A stretch of 64,000 nt of DNA, taken from assembly GCA_965140415.1 (NCBI GenBank), contig OZ223209.1:4992001-5056000 (forward strand), in the 5' to 3' direction. Under the pieces are notes generated by a model. The model was not told where the DNA came from, searched no databases, and saw only the letters and a list, made by a program, of their open reading frames with translations. Made by a program: the position numbers and the translations under genes. Below, piece by piece: positions 47,936 through 57,383 of the stretch (positions are counted from its first letter, which is position 1; each line of letters starts with the position of its first letter). This stretch comes from Myxococcota bacterium. Lineage in GTDB: Bacteria > Myxococcota_A > SURF-8.

Positions 47936-49011
47936 TGGATATCCGTATCGAGCCGATGAAACCCGAATTGAAAAAAGATCCGAAGGAAATCCTGGCCGGA
48001 GAACTTGGATTCGGGCAGGTATTCTGCGATCAAATGTTCACCGTGGAATACAATCCGGAACAGGGCTGGCACAATGCCCGTATCCGTCCTTACGAACCAT
48101 TTCAACTCGATCCCGCCGCATTGGTGCTGCACTACGCCCAGGAAATTTTCGAAGGACTCAAAGCCTATCGCCTGCCCGACGGCGGCGTGGGCATGTTCCG
48201 CCCCGAAATGAACGCCGAGCGCATGAACAATTCGGCCCGCCGCCTGGTTATGCCGGAATTACCGGTGGAAGGTCAACTGAAAGCCATGCATTGGCTGGTC
48301 AAGGAATTGAAAGACTGGGTGCCCGATAAGGCCGGGTATTCGCTGTATTTGCGACCCACCATGATCGCCACCACGCCCGTGCTGGGCGTCAGGCCCTCCA
48401 ACGATTACCTGTATTACATCATCTGTTCCCCGGTAGCCGGGTATTTCTCCGGCGGCTTCAAGCCGGTGCGCATCGCCACCAGCCAGCAATACGTTCGTGC
48501 AGCAGTGGGCGGTGTTGGAGCAGCCAAAACCGGCGGCAACTATGCGGCCAGCCTGCTTGCCGCCAAGGCCGCCAAGGAAGAAGGCTTCGATCAGGTGGTC
48601 TGGCTCGACGCCAAGGAACATCGCTACATCGAGGAAATGGGCGGCATGAACATCTTCTTCGTCAGCGGTAAGAAGCTGATGACCTGCCCCTTGACCGGCT
48701 CGATTCTGCCGGGCATCACCCGCAACTCGATTTTAACGCTTGCACCCGAACTGGGCTATGAAGTCGAGGAAACCCTGCTGGATGCAAACGAGGTCTGCGC
48801 CAAAATCGACAGCGGCGAAATCGGCGAGATCTTCGCCTGCGGCACGGCGGCGGTAATTACGGCGGTCGGCGAATTCAGCCATGGCGGAACGAATCACAAG
48901 GTGGGCGACGGCCAACCTGGGGAAATCACGAAACATCTGCACGAAACACTGACCGGTATCCAGAACGGCAAGCTGGAAGACCGTCACAACTGGACCGCGC
49001 GCGTGCTGTAA
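47935..49011 (+). CDS. ilvE: Branched-chain amino acid aminotransferase
   Basis: LHYAQEIFEGLKAY, LYLRP, KTGGNYA, EE.G.MN.F, ILPGITR, GTAAVI. Confidence 0.95.
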   Translation: MDIRIEPMKPELKKDPKEILAGELGFGQVFCDQMFTVEYNPEQGWHNARIRPYEPFQLDPAALVLHYAQEIFEGLKAYRLPDGGVGMFRPEMNAERMNNSARRLVMPELPVEGQLKAMHWLVKELKDWVPDKAGYSLYLRPTMIATTPVLGVRPSNDYLYYIICSPVAGYFSGGFKPVRIATSQQYVRAAVGGVGAAKTGGNYAASLLAAKAAKEEGFDQVVWLDAKEHRYIEEMGGMNIFFVSGKKLMTCPLTGSILPGITRNSILTLAPELGYEVEETLLDANEVCAKIDSGEIGEIFACGTAAVITAVGEFSHGGTNHKVGDGQPGEITKHLHETLTGIQNGKLEDRHNWTARVL

Positions 49012-49033
49012 CGCAAACCTGTGTGTCATCGAC

Positions 49034-49060
49034 AAGCCCGGCGCTCTGCCGGGCTTTTTT
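49034..49060 (+). terminator. Rho-independent terminator
   Basis: AAGCCCGGC-GCTCT-GCCGGGCTT followed by a T-run. Confidence 0.85.
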
Positions 49061-49220
49061 GGTGGGGTAAAGCCTTTTAGAATCATCGGTTGGGCAAGAT
49101 TTTCTTCCGCTTTTTTACACCCTGTAAGTAACACATGAATCACTATTGAATGAATCCGCTTGACAAGCTCCCGTCGCGTATGGTACTTGTTACATACTCG
49201 CCACGAAAGTCGTAGTCGTA

Positions 49221-49304
49221 GACATTTTCAATATTCACTCACCATCGATATCATCATCCATCGGCTGTTTTGTCGGACAGAAAATCTGTCCGAACTACAA
49301 TACT
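49221..49304. repeat. 84-bp direct repeat, copy 1 (truncated REPIN)
   Basis: Identical to 50382-50465. Confidence 0.92.
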
Positions 49305-49364
49305 AATATAATAATGCAGTGCAACAACGATCATTTGTCCTGCTTCTGAAAAAAGGAGACGAAA

Positions 49365-50342
49365 ATGCGAATTAACCGATTGAAAGTATTCTTTTTTGCA
49401 GGAATCATCGCTCTGCTTTTTTGCGCCTGCAACGAATCGGATACAAACAGCGACGGCGATAGCAAGACCGATGGTGATTTGGACATGGAATTCACAGAGA
49501 ATTTCGATGCAGAGCAGGAACCGGAAGCCGAGTTGGATCTGTACGAGGGCAACTGCGAGGAATATATTGTTCCGAGAAGACTGACGGCCTGTTGGGATAC
49601 AAACGCTTGGCCCGATAATTGGAGCGTATTCAAAGATCCAAGTTATGGTGAAAATGTTTTAGTGTTCAATGGCCAGATCTTAGACATCGGTCAAGAACCG
49701 GAACGCATAGGATTTTGTTCAAGCCAAATCAGTTCCATTTCTGGGATACATGAAGATTACGCCTTTGAACCTGGTTCAAAGTGCTGGATCTCCTTAAAAG
49801 ATCAACTGGATACAGTCTGGTCCCTAGGGCTCCTGGGAGCAGGCTTGAACCCAAACCTGCAAACCGGACAAAACGTGAAAATCCTGATGTGGCAGGAACG
49901 GGATTGGGGATTGGGTTGGCTGGATTTGTACGTTGAAGACGAACTCGTATACCAAATTTTCAACACCAGCACAGCTAGAATTGCTGAAGGTTTGCAACAC
50001 CCGGATGAGCTGGAGTTTACGACGGACACCATCTGCCAGCAAACACGCGGCACGCAGGCAAATGGTCGTAGTGATGCTTACCATGAGTTGTGGGTCAAGC
50101 ACGAACAATGCTGGTATGTTTTACAACCCGGCGAAGTGCGCTATATTCCAAACACGGATTGGGTGGTCGTTTTCGAACAATCCAGCAGCATATCGGTTTG
50201 GGGAGAAGACAATCCGTACAACGAAACACTGTACACCAAAAGCCCCGTAGCCCTGTACAAGGTCGATTCCGACCCGACCGGTACGCCGCTGCTAAACGGC
50301 TTCTCCTGGAGCAACGCCCCCTGCCAGCCGGTGGAAGAGTAA
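49365..50342 (+). CDS. Hypothetical lipoprotein with an acidic DGD tether
   Basis: RBS AAGGAG; signal ends FCA-C; followed by NESDTNSDGDSKTDGDLD. Confidence 0.75.
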   Translation: MRINRLKVFFFAGIIALLFCACNESDTNSDGDSKTDGDLDMEFTENFDAEQEPEAELDLYEGNCEEYIVPRRLTACWDTNAWPDNWSVFKDPSYGENVLVFNGQILDIGQEPERIGFCSSQISSISGIHEDYAFEPGSKCWISLKDQLDTVWSLGLLGAGLNPNLQTGQNVKILMWQERDWGLGWLDLYVEDELVYQIFNTSTARIAEGLQHPDELEFTTDTICQQTRGTQANGRSDAYHELWVKHEQCWYVLQPGEVRYIPNTDWVVVFEQSSSISVWGEDNPYNETLYTKSPVALYKVDSDPTGTPLLNGFSWSNAPCQPVEE

Positions 50343-50357
50343 GGAAAAGCCGTAGCC

Positions 50358-50465
50358 GTAGGTCGGACAAATTTCTTGTCCGACATTTTCAATATTCACT
50401 CACCATCGATATCATCATCCATCGGCTGTTTTGTCGGACAGAAAATCTGTCCGAACTACAATACT
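50358..50465. repeat. GTAG-type REPIN (contains copy 2 of the 84-bp repeat), flanked by a 23-bp direct duplication
   Basis: GTAGGTCGGACAAATTTCTTGTCCGAC...TGTCGGACAGAAAATCTGTCCGAACTAC. CTGCCAGCCGGTGGAAGAGTAAG occurs at 50321-50343 and 50464-50486. Confidence 0.88.
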
Positions 50466-50498
50466 GCCAGCCGGTGGAAGAGTAAGACACCCACACAC

Positions 50499-50533
50499 AA
50501 ACGGGGATGACCTTGCCGGTTCATCCCCGTTTT
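50499..50533. terminator. Bidirectional terminator between convergent genes
   Basis: AAACGGGGATGA-loop-TCATCCCCGTTTT. Confidence 0.75.
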
Positions 50534-50557
50534 AAAAACAATCGTGTTTGTTTAAAA

Positions 50558-52663
50558 TCAGAGCGTGCGCAGCAAGGTCAATCCCTTTTTCGTGCCGCTG
50601 CGGTCGGCGTCGGTCGAGTAACAGATGGTGCCGCAACGCAGGCAACGCGAGGCTTCACGCAACAGGTCTTCGTGAGTGATGGTCTGATCCACTTCGTCGT
50701 AGGAGTAGATGCGCTCGGCGGGATTCAATTCGTCGAAATGCACGCGCTGGCTGCGATCCACACCGTTCAATTCCGCCAGTTTCGATAAAGTCAGCGGCTT
50801 TTTCTGGATGTTGGCGGGAACGCTCATGTCTTCGCCATTCAGGAAACAATGGATGGCGCGCGCCGCTTTGCGGCCTGAACCGATGGCCGTGACCGCCAGC
50901 GCCGGACCGGTGAAACCGTCGCCTGCGGCGAAGATCTTGGGAACGCCGGTCTGGCAGGTATCGTCGTTGCCGTCCAACGTCCCCCAACGGGTGACTTCCA
51001 ACCCGCGCTCTTTCAAGGATTCCGGCACGAAAGAGGGGTCCACTTTCTGTCCGATGGCGGCGATAACCGTATCCAGTTCGATCACGTGCTCGGAACCTTC
51101 TTTGGGCACCGGGCGACGGCGACCGCTGGCGTCGGGTTCTCCCAGTTCCATTTCGATGACTTCCAAGCCGGTCAGCACGTTGTTCTCGTCGGCGACCAAT
51201 TTCGTGGGTGCGTTCAGGAACAGCAGCTTTACACCCTCTTCCTTGGCGGCATGGATTTCGACCGGGTTGGCGGGCATTTCCTTTTCGGTGCGGCGATAAA
51301 TGATACTCACCTCTTCCGCGCCTTCACGTAGCGCCGAACGGGATGCGTCGATGGCGGTATTGCCGCCGCCGATGACCGCAACGCGTTTGCCCATCGTTAC
51401 AGAGATGCCCTGCTCGCGCTTGGCCAGGAAATTGATGCCGCCCCATACGCCTTCGATGCTGTCTTCGCCTTCCAGTCGCATGGTGCTGTTGATCCAGGCA
51501 CCGATCGCCACCAGCACGGCGTCGTATTTCTCCTCCAGGCCATCCAGCGTGATGTCGCGTCCCAGGCGAACGCCGGTTTTGGCGGTCACACCCATGTCCA
51601 AAATTCCCTGGATATCCCAGTCCAGAATCTTTTTCGGCAGGCGATATTCCGGGATGCCGTAGCGCAGCATGCCGCCAAGGTGGTCTTCGCTCTCGAAGAT
51701 GGTCACATCGTGTCCGAGCCGACGCAGGAAGTAGGCGGCTGTCAAGCCTGCCGGACCACCACCTACAACGGCGATGTGCTTGCCGGTATCGGGCAGAACG
51801 GGCAACTTGATGTGCTGATCGTCCAGCCGTTCCCAGTCCGCCACGTAACGCTTAATCACATTATGAAACACCGGATCGTCACCAGCCGCCGAACGGCGGC
51901 AGCCTTCTTCACAGGGAGCGGGGCAGATGCGCCCGCACACGCTGGGCAAGGGGTTGCGATCCTTAATGATGGTCAACGCTCCTTCGAAATCGCCTTCGGC
52001 GGCGGCTTTGACATAGTTGGGAATATCGATCTGTGCCGGGCAGATCTGGCGGCAGGGAGCCAGGCATTCGTCTACGGTATTCAGATGCAACAGCGAGGAA
52101 CTCAGCGTTTCCAGTTGAATGACGCCGTGCGGGCAGACGCGCACGCAGGCTCCGCAGCCTCTACAAGCTTCGGCGTTGAAACGCGGATAACCGTCCGGTC
52201 CCATGCGAATGGCGTCGAATGCGCAGGCTTCCACACAGGAACCGAATCCCAAGCAACCCAGGGTACAGTTGCTGTCGCCGTCGTAAAATTCCGCCACCGC
52301 CTGGCAGGAAAGTGCGCCATCGTAATGGAACAGTTCGCCCGCGCGCTGGTTGCTGGAGCAGTAGCGCTTGGCCAGCGACGGCTCCTTGACTTCGACCTTG
52401 ATGCCCATAATGGCTCCAACCGCCTGGGCAATGTCCGGGCCTCCGGCCACGCAGCCATCGACGGGCGCTTCTCCTTTGACGATGGCTTCGGCCATCGCGC
52501 CGCAACCCGGCATGCCGCAGCCGCCGCAATTGGCTCCCACCAACGCATCGGCCACCTGATCGATACGCGGGTCCTGTTCCACATAAAATACCTTGGAGGC
52601 AAACGCCAGCCCGGCGGCTGCCGCTAGTCCTAATCCCAGCATCAACAAGGTTGCGCTAATCAT
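50558..52663 (-). CDS. rnfB: RnfB fused to a GltD/NfnB-like FAD/NAD(P)H oxidoreductase
   Basis: N-terminal TM helix, NCGGCG.PGC, GCLGFGSC..AC and CRGCGAC..VCP (RnfB). Then APC...CP, CGRICPAPCE..C, VGGGPAG, IGGGNTAID, YRR, EA.RCL.C. Confidence 0.88.
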   Translation of the reverse strand: MISATLLMLGLGLAAAAGLAFASKVFYVEQDPRIDQVADALVGANCGGCGMPGCGAMAEAIVKGEAPVDGCVAGGPDIAQAVGAIMGIKVEVKEPSLAKRYCSSNQRAGELFHYDGALSCQAVAEFYDGDSNCTLGCLGFGSCVEACAFDAIRMGPDGYPRFNAEACRGCGACVRVCPHGVIQLETLSSSLLHLNTVDECLAPCRQICPAQIDIPNYVKAAAEGDFEGALTIIKDRNPLPSVCGRICPAPCEEGCRRSAAGDDPVFHNVIKRYVADWERLDDQHIKLPVLPDTGKHIAVVGGGPAGLTAAYFLRRLGHDVTIFESEDHLGGMLRYGIPEYRLPKKILDWDIQGILDMGVTAKTGVRLGRDITLDGLEEKYDAVLVAIGAWINSTMRLEGEDSIEGVWGGINFLAKREQGISVTMGKRVAVIGGGNTAIDASRSALREGAEEVSIIYRRTEKEMPANPVEIHAAKEEGVKLLFLNAPTKLVADENNVLTGLEVIEMELGEPDASGRRRPVPKEGSEHVIELDTVIAAIGQKVDPSFVPESLKERGLEVTRWGTLDGNDDTCQTGVPKIFAAGDGFTGPALAVTAIGSGRKAARAIHCFLNGEDMSVPANIQKKPLTLSKLAELNGVDRSQRVHFDELNPAERIYSYDEVDQTITHEDLLREASRCLRCGTICYSTDADRSGTKKGLTLLRTL

Positions 52664-52733
52664 GCTCGTGCCTCTCGTATAGCCATAATCATCGTAGAAA
52701 ACCTTCCCTGGCGGTCGTGGCAGACCACCTGGA

Positions 52734-53306
52734 TCAGATCATCCCTTTGAACGCGAAAAAGGTCAATGACATCATACCGGCTGTGATCAATCCCAGAGCA
52801 GTGCCTCTCAGCGGTCGGGGAACGGGAGCGAATTCGAATTTCTCCCGGATACCCGCAAACAATACCAATGCCAACCCGAAACCCGCCGCAGCGGAGAAGG
52901 AATACACTAAGCATTGCACGAAGGTATGGTCATTCTTGATGTTCAACAGCGCCGCACCCAGCACCGCGCAGTTGGTGGTAATCAGCGGTAAAAAGATCCC
53001 CAACGCCTGATACAGGGTCGGCAGGGTTTTTCGCAGAAACATTTCAACCAGTTGCACCAGCGCCGCAATCACCAGAATAAACGCCAGCGTACGCAGATAT
53101 TGCAGATCGTAGGGAACGAGCAGGAAATGCTCGACGATCCAGGCGATGGCCGCCGCCAATACCAGAATGAACTGCACCGCAAGCGCCATGCCGATGGCGG
53201 TATCCATCTTCTTGGAAACACCAAGGAATGGGCAGTTTCCAAGGAATTGCGCCAACAAAATGTTGTTGACGAAAATCGCGCTGATGATCATAAGGAAGTA
53301 GTCCAT
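52734..53306 (-). CDS. rnfA: Rnf subunit A
   Basis: [32 protein letters not shown]. Confidence 0.93.
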   Translation of the reverse strand: MDYFLMIISAIFVNNILLAQFLGNCPFLGVSKKMDTAIGMALAVQFILVLAAAIAWIVEHFLLVPYDLQYLRTLAFILVIAALVQLVEMFLRKTLPTLYQALGIFLPLITTNCAVLGAALLNIKNDHTFVQCLVYSFSAAAGFGLALVLFAGIREKFEFAPVPRPLRGTALGLITAGMMSLTFFAFKGMI

Positions 53307-53356
53307 CGAAACCCTCTATCCGATTAGGTTAGCGAATCCGTATTCTTTTCAATTAC

Positions 53357-53959
53357 TTAAGCCTTCGCCACCTTGGGACGTCCCAAAGCGTTCATGATAC
53401 CCAGCATCAGACCCAGGCAGATAAAGGCGCCCGGTGCCTGCTGCATGAAAGTAAATGGTTCGAAGCTGGAACCGAACAGGCTAATTCCCATGAAGGTTCC
53501 CGCTCCCAGTACCTCTCGCAAGGAAGCCAAGGCGATCAAGGACATGGTAAATCCGGTACCGATGCCCAGACCATCGGCAGCAGAGAGCAACACGCCGTTT
53601 TTACTGGCAAAAGCTTCCGCTCGTCCCAAGACAATGCAGTTCACGACAATCAGTGGAATAAAGATTCCAAGACTCTCGGAAAGACTGAAGAAATAGGCTT
53701 TCATCAGGATTTCCACCGCCACCACGAACGTCGCAATGATGACGATATAGGCCGCAATGCGCACCTCTTTGGGAATGATCTTGCGCACGGCGGAAATAAT
53801 CATGTTGGAACAGGCCAGCACGAAAATGACCGCCACACCCATACCGATGGCGTTTTCCACCTTGGTGGTGACAGCCAATGTCGGACAGAGACCGAGCACC
53901 AACCGGAAGGGCGGAAGTTCTTTCCATAAGCCTTTTGTGAATTCTTTGCCGAAACCCAC
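53357..53959 (-). CDS. rnfE: Rnf subunit E
   Basis: LGLCPTLAVT, IPLIVVNCIVLGRAEAFA, PGAF. Confidence 0.93.
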   Translation of the reverse strand: MGFGKEFTKGLWKELPPFRLVLGLCPTLAVTTKVENAIGMGVAVIFVLACSNMIISAVRKIIPKEVRIAAYIVIIATFVVAVEILMKAYFFSLSESLGIFIPLIVVNCIVLGRAEAFASKNGVLLSAADGLGIGTGFTMSLIALASLREVLGAGTFMGISLFGSSFEPFTFMQQAPGAFICLGLMLGIMNALGRPKVAKA

Positions 53960-53992
53960 AGTATGTCTCCTTCTTCGAAGGTTATCAGCCGC

Positions 53993-54574
53993 TTATTGGG
54001 CTGCCTTGAGAATCTCGTCTTTATGTTCTTCAAACAGCTTAATGCCGTCAGCCAGTGCCTGACAGACCGCACGCGAAGTGACCGTTGCACCGGTCACGGC
54101 GTCCACGCCGCCACCATCGGCTTTGACCTTGAAAACGGTTTGCGTGCTCATGCCTTTGAATTGCTTGGTGAAAGTCGCTTCCTTGGCGCGGGTACCGACA
54201 CCGGGCGTTTCACTCATGGTGGTAATGCCGATGCCGGTCAACTTGCCGGTATTCAACTCGAAACCGATCATCACGCCGACCGTGCCGCCAAAGCCTTTTC
54301 CGAACGATTCCAGCGCCACCGCATACGGTTTGCCGTCTTTCTTGGCCGGGAAAAGCAATACGGGATTTTTCTGCCCGACATCCAGTTTCTTGCGGTCGTT
54401 GAGCAGGTCGTTGGAAGCATCTTGCAAAACGGCCTTGACCGCCGGCATCTGCTTGTTTTCCAGCACCTGGATTTCAATGCGCTCCTTGGTGCCGTTGTTC
54501 AGTGCAGCCAGCGAAAAACCGCTGATCAACGAAATGATCGAAAGCGATAAAATGATGTGCAACCACTTAGGCAT
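53993..54574 (-). CDS. rnfG: Rnf subunit G (FMN-binding)
   Basis: ATG 54574; TM anchor, GFGG, ETPG.G, DAVTGATVTS (FMN-Thr motif). Confidence 0.9.
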   Translation of the reverse strand: MPKWLHIILSLSIISLISGFSLAALNNGTKERIEIQVLENKQMPAVKAVLQDASNDLLNDRKKLDVGQKNPVLLFPAKKDGKPYAVALESFGKGFGGTVGVMIGFELNTGKLTGIGITTMSETPGVGTRAKEATFTKQFKGMSTQTVFKVKADGGGVDAVTGATVTSRAVCQALADGIKLFEEHKDEILKAAQ

Positions 54575-55415
54575 GGATCTTCTCCATCGGAATCGATTTG
54601 GGGCGAATGCGGTCGAACATGGGAGCCGCCATGTTTCCAAGCAGTACCGCAAAAGGAACCACTTCCATCCAGATGCCATAGACCCGGATCAACACGACCA
54701 GAACTCCGGCCATCAAACCGAACAGAATCTTGGACAGCAGATTGGCAGGACTTGTGGTTTCGTCGGTCACCAGGAAGAATGCGCCCAGCATGACGTTGCC
54801 GGTGAGTAGCTGCTCCACGGCAGTCAGTGTCGTTTCGGGATACACCGCATGGAAAATCAACCCACCAATAAAGACTCCTGCCAGAAACGCGATCGGCACG
54901 ATGCGGTTGACCAGTCCCAATAGCACAAGCAACAATCCCCCGGCAGCCATCGCGTAGGGACAGGCGGTTCCCAATGTGACACCACCCACCGGTTGCAAAT
55001 GCAGTGGCCAGGAGAGCAGCACCATCAGGTAGCCGATCATCGCCGGGTGGAAGGGATAGCAACCCAAGCCGCCGAAAATCTGTTTGGCCACCACCGAAGC
55101 CAGCGCCGCGCCGATGATAATAATCCAGAAAGGCACCGACGGCGGCATCAGCAGGCCGAAAACCAGACCCATCACCACTGCATGGCCATCCAGCGCATAG
55201 ATAGGCTGGCGCATGAAGTGCTGTGCCAATGCCTCGGCGGCCACACTGGAAAATACGGCCAGCGCCAGGATGAGAACGGCGTTTAAGCCATGCAATACCA
55301 CTGCCGCCGCAACTGCGGGCAACAGCGCCAGCGCCATGGCATAGTGGGAAGCGACGGTACTTGCGCCGATCTTTCGATGTGGCGGCGGTCCGACGGTTAA
55401 AATAGGATCAGACAT
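54567..55415 (-). CDS. rnfD: Rnf subunit D, shortened (FMN loop apparently missing)
   Basis: PPH, DG.A.V.G...GL..P, K..FGGLG..PF.PA, GAFF..TD.TTSP, FAVL.GN...P..D; only 282 aa. Confidence 0.85.
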   Translation of the reverse strand: MSDPILTVGPPPHRKIGASTVASHYAMALALLPAVAAAVVLHGLNAVLILALAVFSSVAAEALAQHFMRQPIYALDGHAVVMGLVFGLLMPPSVPFWIIIIGAALASVVAKQIFGGLGCYPFHPAMIGYLMVLLSWPLHLQPVGGVTLGTACPYAMAAGGLLLVLLGLVNRIVPIAFLAGVFIGGLIFHAVYPETTLTAVEQLLTGNVMLGAFFLVTDETTSPANLLSKILFGLMAGVLVVLIRVYGIWMEVVPFAVLLGNMAAPMFDRIRPKSIPMEKIHA

Positions 55416-55486
55416 AGTGATTCGCTCCTCGATTTCGATTCACTGCCCATGCACGATGACTCGAACATGGACGTTGTAAGCGAAGG

Positions 55487-56722
55487 TCAATCGTTTAGTT
55501 TTCGCGCGTTTTTGGCCAGCCGGAACCATTGCACCAAAGGACGTGCGCTGGGACAGACGTAGGCGCACAAGCCGCAGTCGATGCAATACTGCAAATCCGG
55601 GGCATCGTCGTATTGGCCATATTCACAAATACGACCCATATTCTGCACCTGTAACTTGGCCGGGCAGACCTCGATACAAGCACCGCAATTGACGCAAGGA
55701 CGTGAAATTACTTCATCTTGAGAAGTAGCAGCCAGCACCGTCACGCCTTCGATTCCCGGCAGCACCGGAGTATCGAGTGAAAACGTCGGCGTTCCGGCCA
55801 TCGGACCACCCAGCAGAACGCGATCGTGAGTGTCGATCTGAGCGCCGCAGGCGTCCAATGCCGCACGTAACGACGCTCCATAAGGAATACGCACGTTCTG
55901 CGACTTGCCATCCCGTGTAACTACCGTTAAATGCTGGAAAGCCGGTGGCGCTCCGGTGGTTGCCAGGATAAAGAGCGCGCGCGCCAATCCGAACGGAATC
56001 ACGCGCAACCCCTTGGAATCGGCTCCCTGTCGCACCAAGTTGCTCTTTAAAACCCTATCGTGCGCTTCGGGGTAACGTAAACCGACCGGCAGCACTTCGA
56101 CATCGGCATTACCCAATGCCTCCTGCACCGCAGATACGGCAGGCTTCGGCACAGCCAGCAGCATGCGCTGCGCGCCGGAAAGATCCCGGCAAAGCTGCAT
56201 GATGGCGGCCAACCCTTCCAGGCTGTCCTGCAACAGTTGGGCGCGCGAGATCAAGCCCAGATCCTGATCGCAGGCATTGACAACCAGAATCTGCACGTCG
56301 CCTTTCAGCGGCAGCAGTTCTTCACGCACCAGACCGGGCAGATAAGCCTGTAAGGCACTTTCCGTTACCCGCTGACGGATCGTCGCCGAATCGGGCAGCA
56401 CCAGCTTTCCCAGTTTCAGTGGCGCGGGAAGCTCTCCCGGCGTCACCTTAAAAGCCTGAGCCGCTCTCAAGCGGGGTGGAAAGGGCGCTTCACCAACGGC
56501 GCTCACCGTACCGTCTAATGGAGCGATCAGCTTGACATCCTCGTCCTGAGCCAAGACCGCTCCCGCCTCAATGGCATCGCCTTCGGCCACGACCGCAGGG
56601 AACAGGCGTCCACGATCATCAACCAGCGGCCACAGCAACTCCTTGGCCGACACGGTTTTAAAAGGCGATTGGTGATTTGCGTAAGAAAGTCTAGGCTTGC
56701 TAAATCCTCGAAACCATTGCAT
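55487..56722 (-). CDS. rnfC: Rnf subunit C, divergent
   Basis: RnfC-N pattern (V..GD.I..G..LA...AP..GTV), GGPM.G, CVNCGACIEVCP, CIDCGLCAYVCPS; first gene of the C-D-G-E-A-B operon. Confidence 0.8.
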   Translation of the reverse strand: MQWFRGFSKPRLSYANHQSPFKTVSAKELLWPLVDDRGRLFPAVVAEGDAIEAGAVLAQDEDVKLIAPLDGTVSAVGEAPFPPRLRAAQAFKVTPGELPAPLKLGKLVLPDSATIRQRVTESALQAYLPGLVREELLPLKGDVQILVVNACDQDLGLISRAQLLQDSLEGLAAIMQLCRDLSGAQRMLLAVPKPAVSAVQEALGNADVEVLPVGLRYPEAHDRVLKSNLVRQGADSKGLRVIPFGLARALFILATTGAPPAFQHLTVVTRDGKSQNVRIPYGASLRAALDACGAQIDTHDRVLLGGPMAGTPTFSLDTPVLPGIEGVTVLAATSQDEVISRPCVNCGACIEVCPAKLQVQNMGRICEYGQYDDAPDLQYCIDCGLCAYVCPSARPLVQWFRLAKNARKLND

Positions 56723-57383
56723 GGATTATCGTCCTAGCGTCTGAAGTTGAAAGGCTCTCGACTGCACTAGCCGCCCCTGCCGGGTGCGGCGCTACAACGA
56801 ATGATCAGTCATCGATCTAGTTTGCTAAACGGTTTGGATCTTTTCGATATTCGACACTCTTTACGGCCTGAATCGCAAGGTGAACCCTTTCGATTCCGCC
56901 CATTTATGAATACGACAGTCTCTGGAAGGCGTCAATAAAAACCTCGACGGCACCCGATGCGGTTTTTGCCTTTCCATTTGGTAAAAAAGCTTTTTCGGTT
57001 AAAAGTGCCGATCGCGGATTTCCACAGCAGCAGGCTTTCTTTCGGATATTGCAAGTGTCCGAACCTGTTGAAATCATACAGTCTGGGCGATTTCCCGGCT
57101 ACCATTCGATTTTCATTCTCCAGCCTTTGGAGATGAAAGTCTTTAATATTTCAGGCATAATCAATCTTACATATTCCACACACGAATAGATCATATAAGT
57201 AAATACAATAACTCACTAAAGGCTTTTTCTTGAGCTTGCCCGGCAACCGTGCAATCATAACTCGCAATGTGTCGGTGTGTTTTTCTGGAGAGGAAAACAC
57301 GTCGCATTCGTAATCTGCCGGGAAATCCCGGAATCAAAACGGTAGTCTCCCCACAACTTGTCAATTGGAACGGAGTGCATGCG

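Noticed and set aside
49205-50486. Integron cassette or IS composite transposon
   Set aside because: No integrase or transposase, and no attC-like core sites recognised; the repeats are GTAG-palindrome type.
55487-56722. rnfC/rnfD as pseudogenes
   Set aside because: Frames are intact with RBSs, Fe-S motifs and TM patterns kept; the losses are confined to flavin/NADH sites.
56765-56797. Isolated GTAG-led hairpin upstream of rnfC
   Set aside because: Single short imperfect palindrome with no partner in the window; too little evidence to call.
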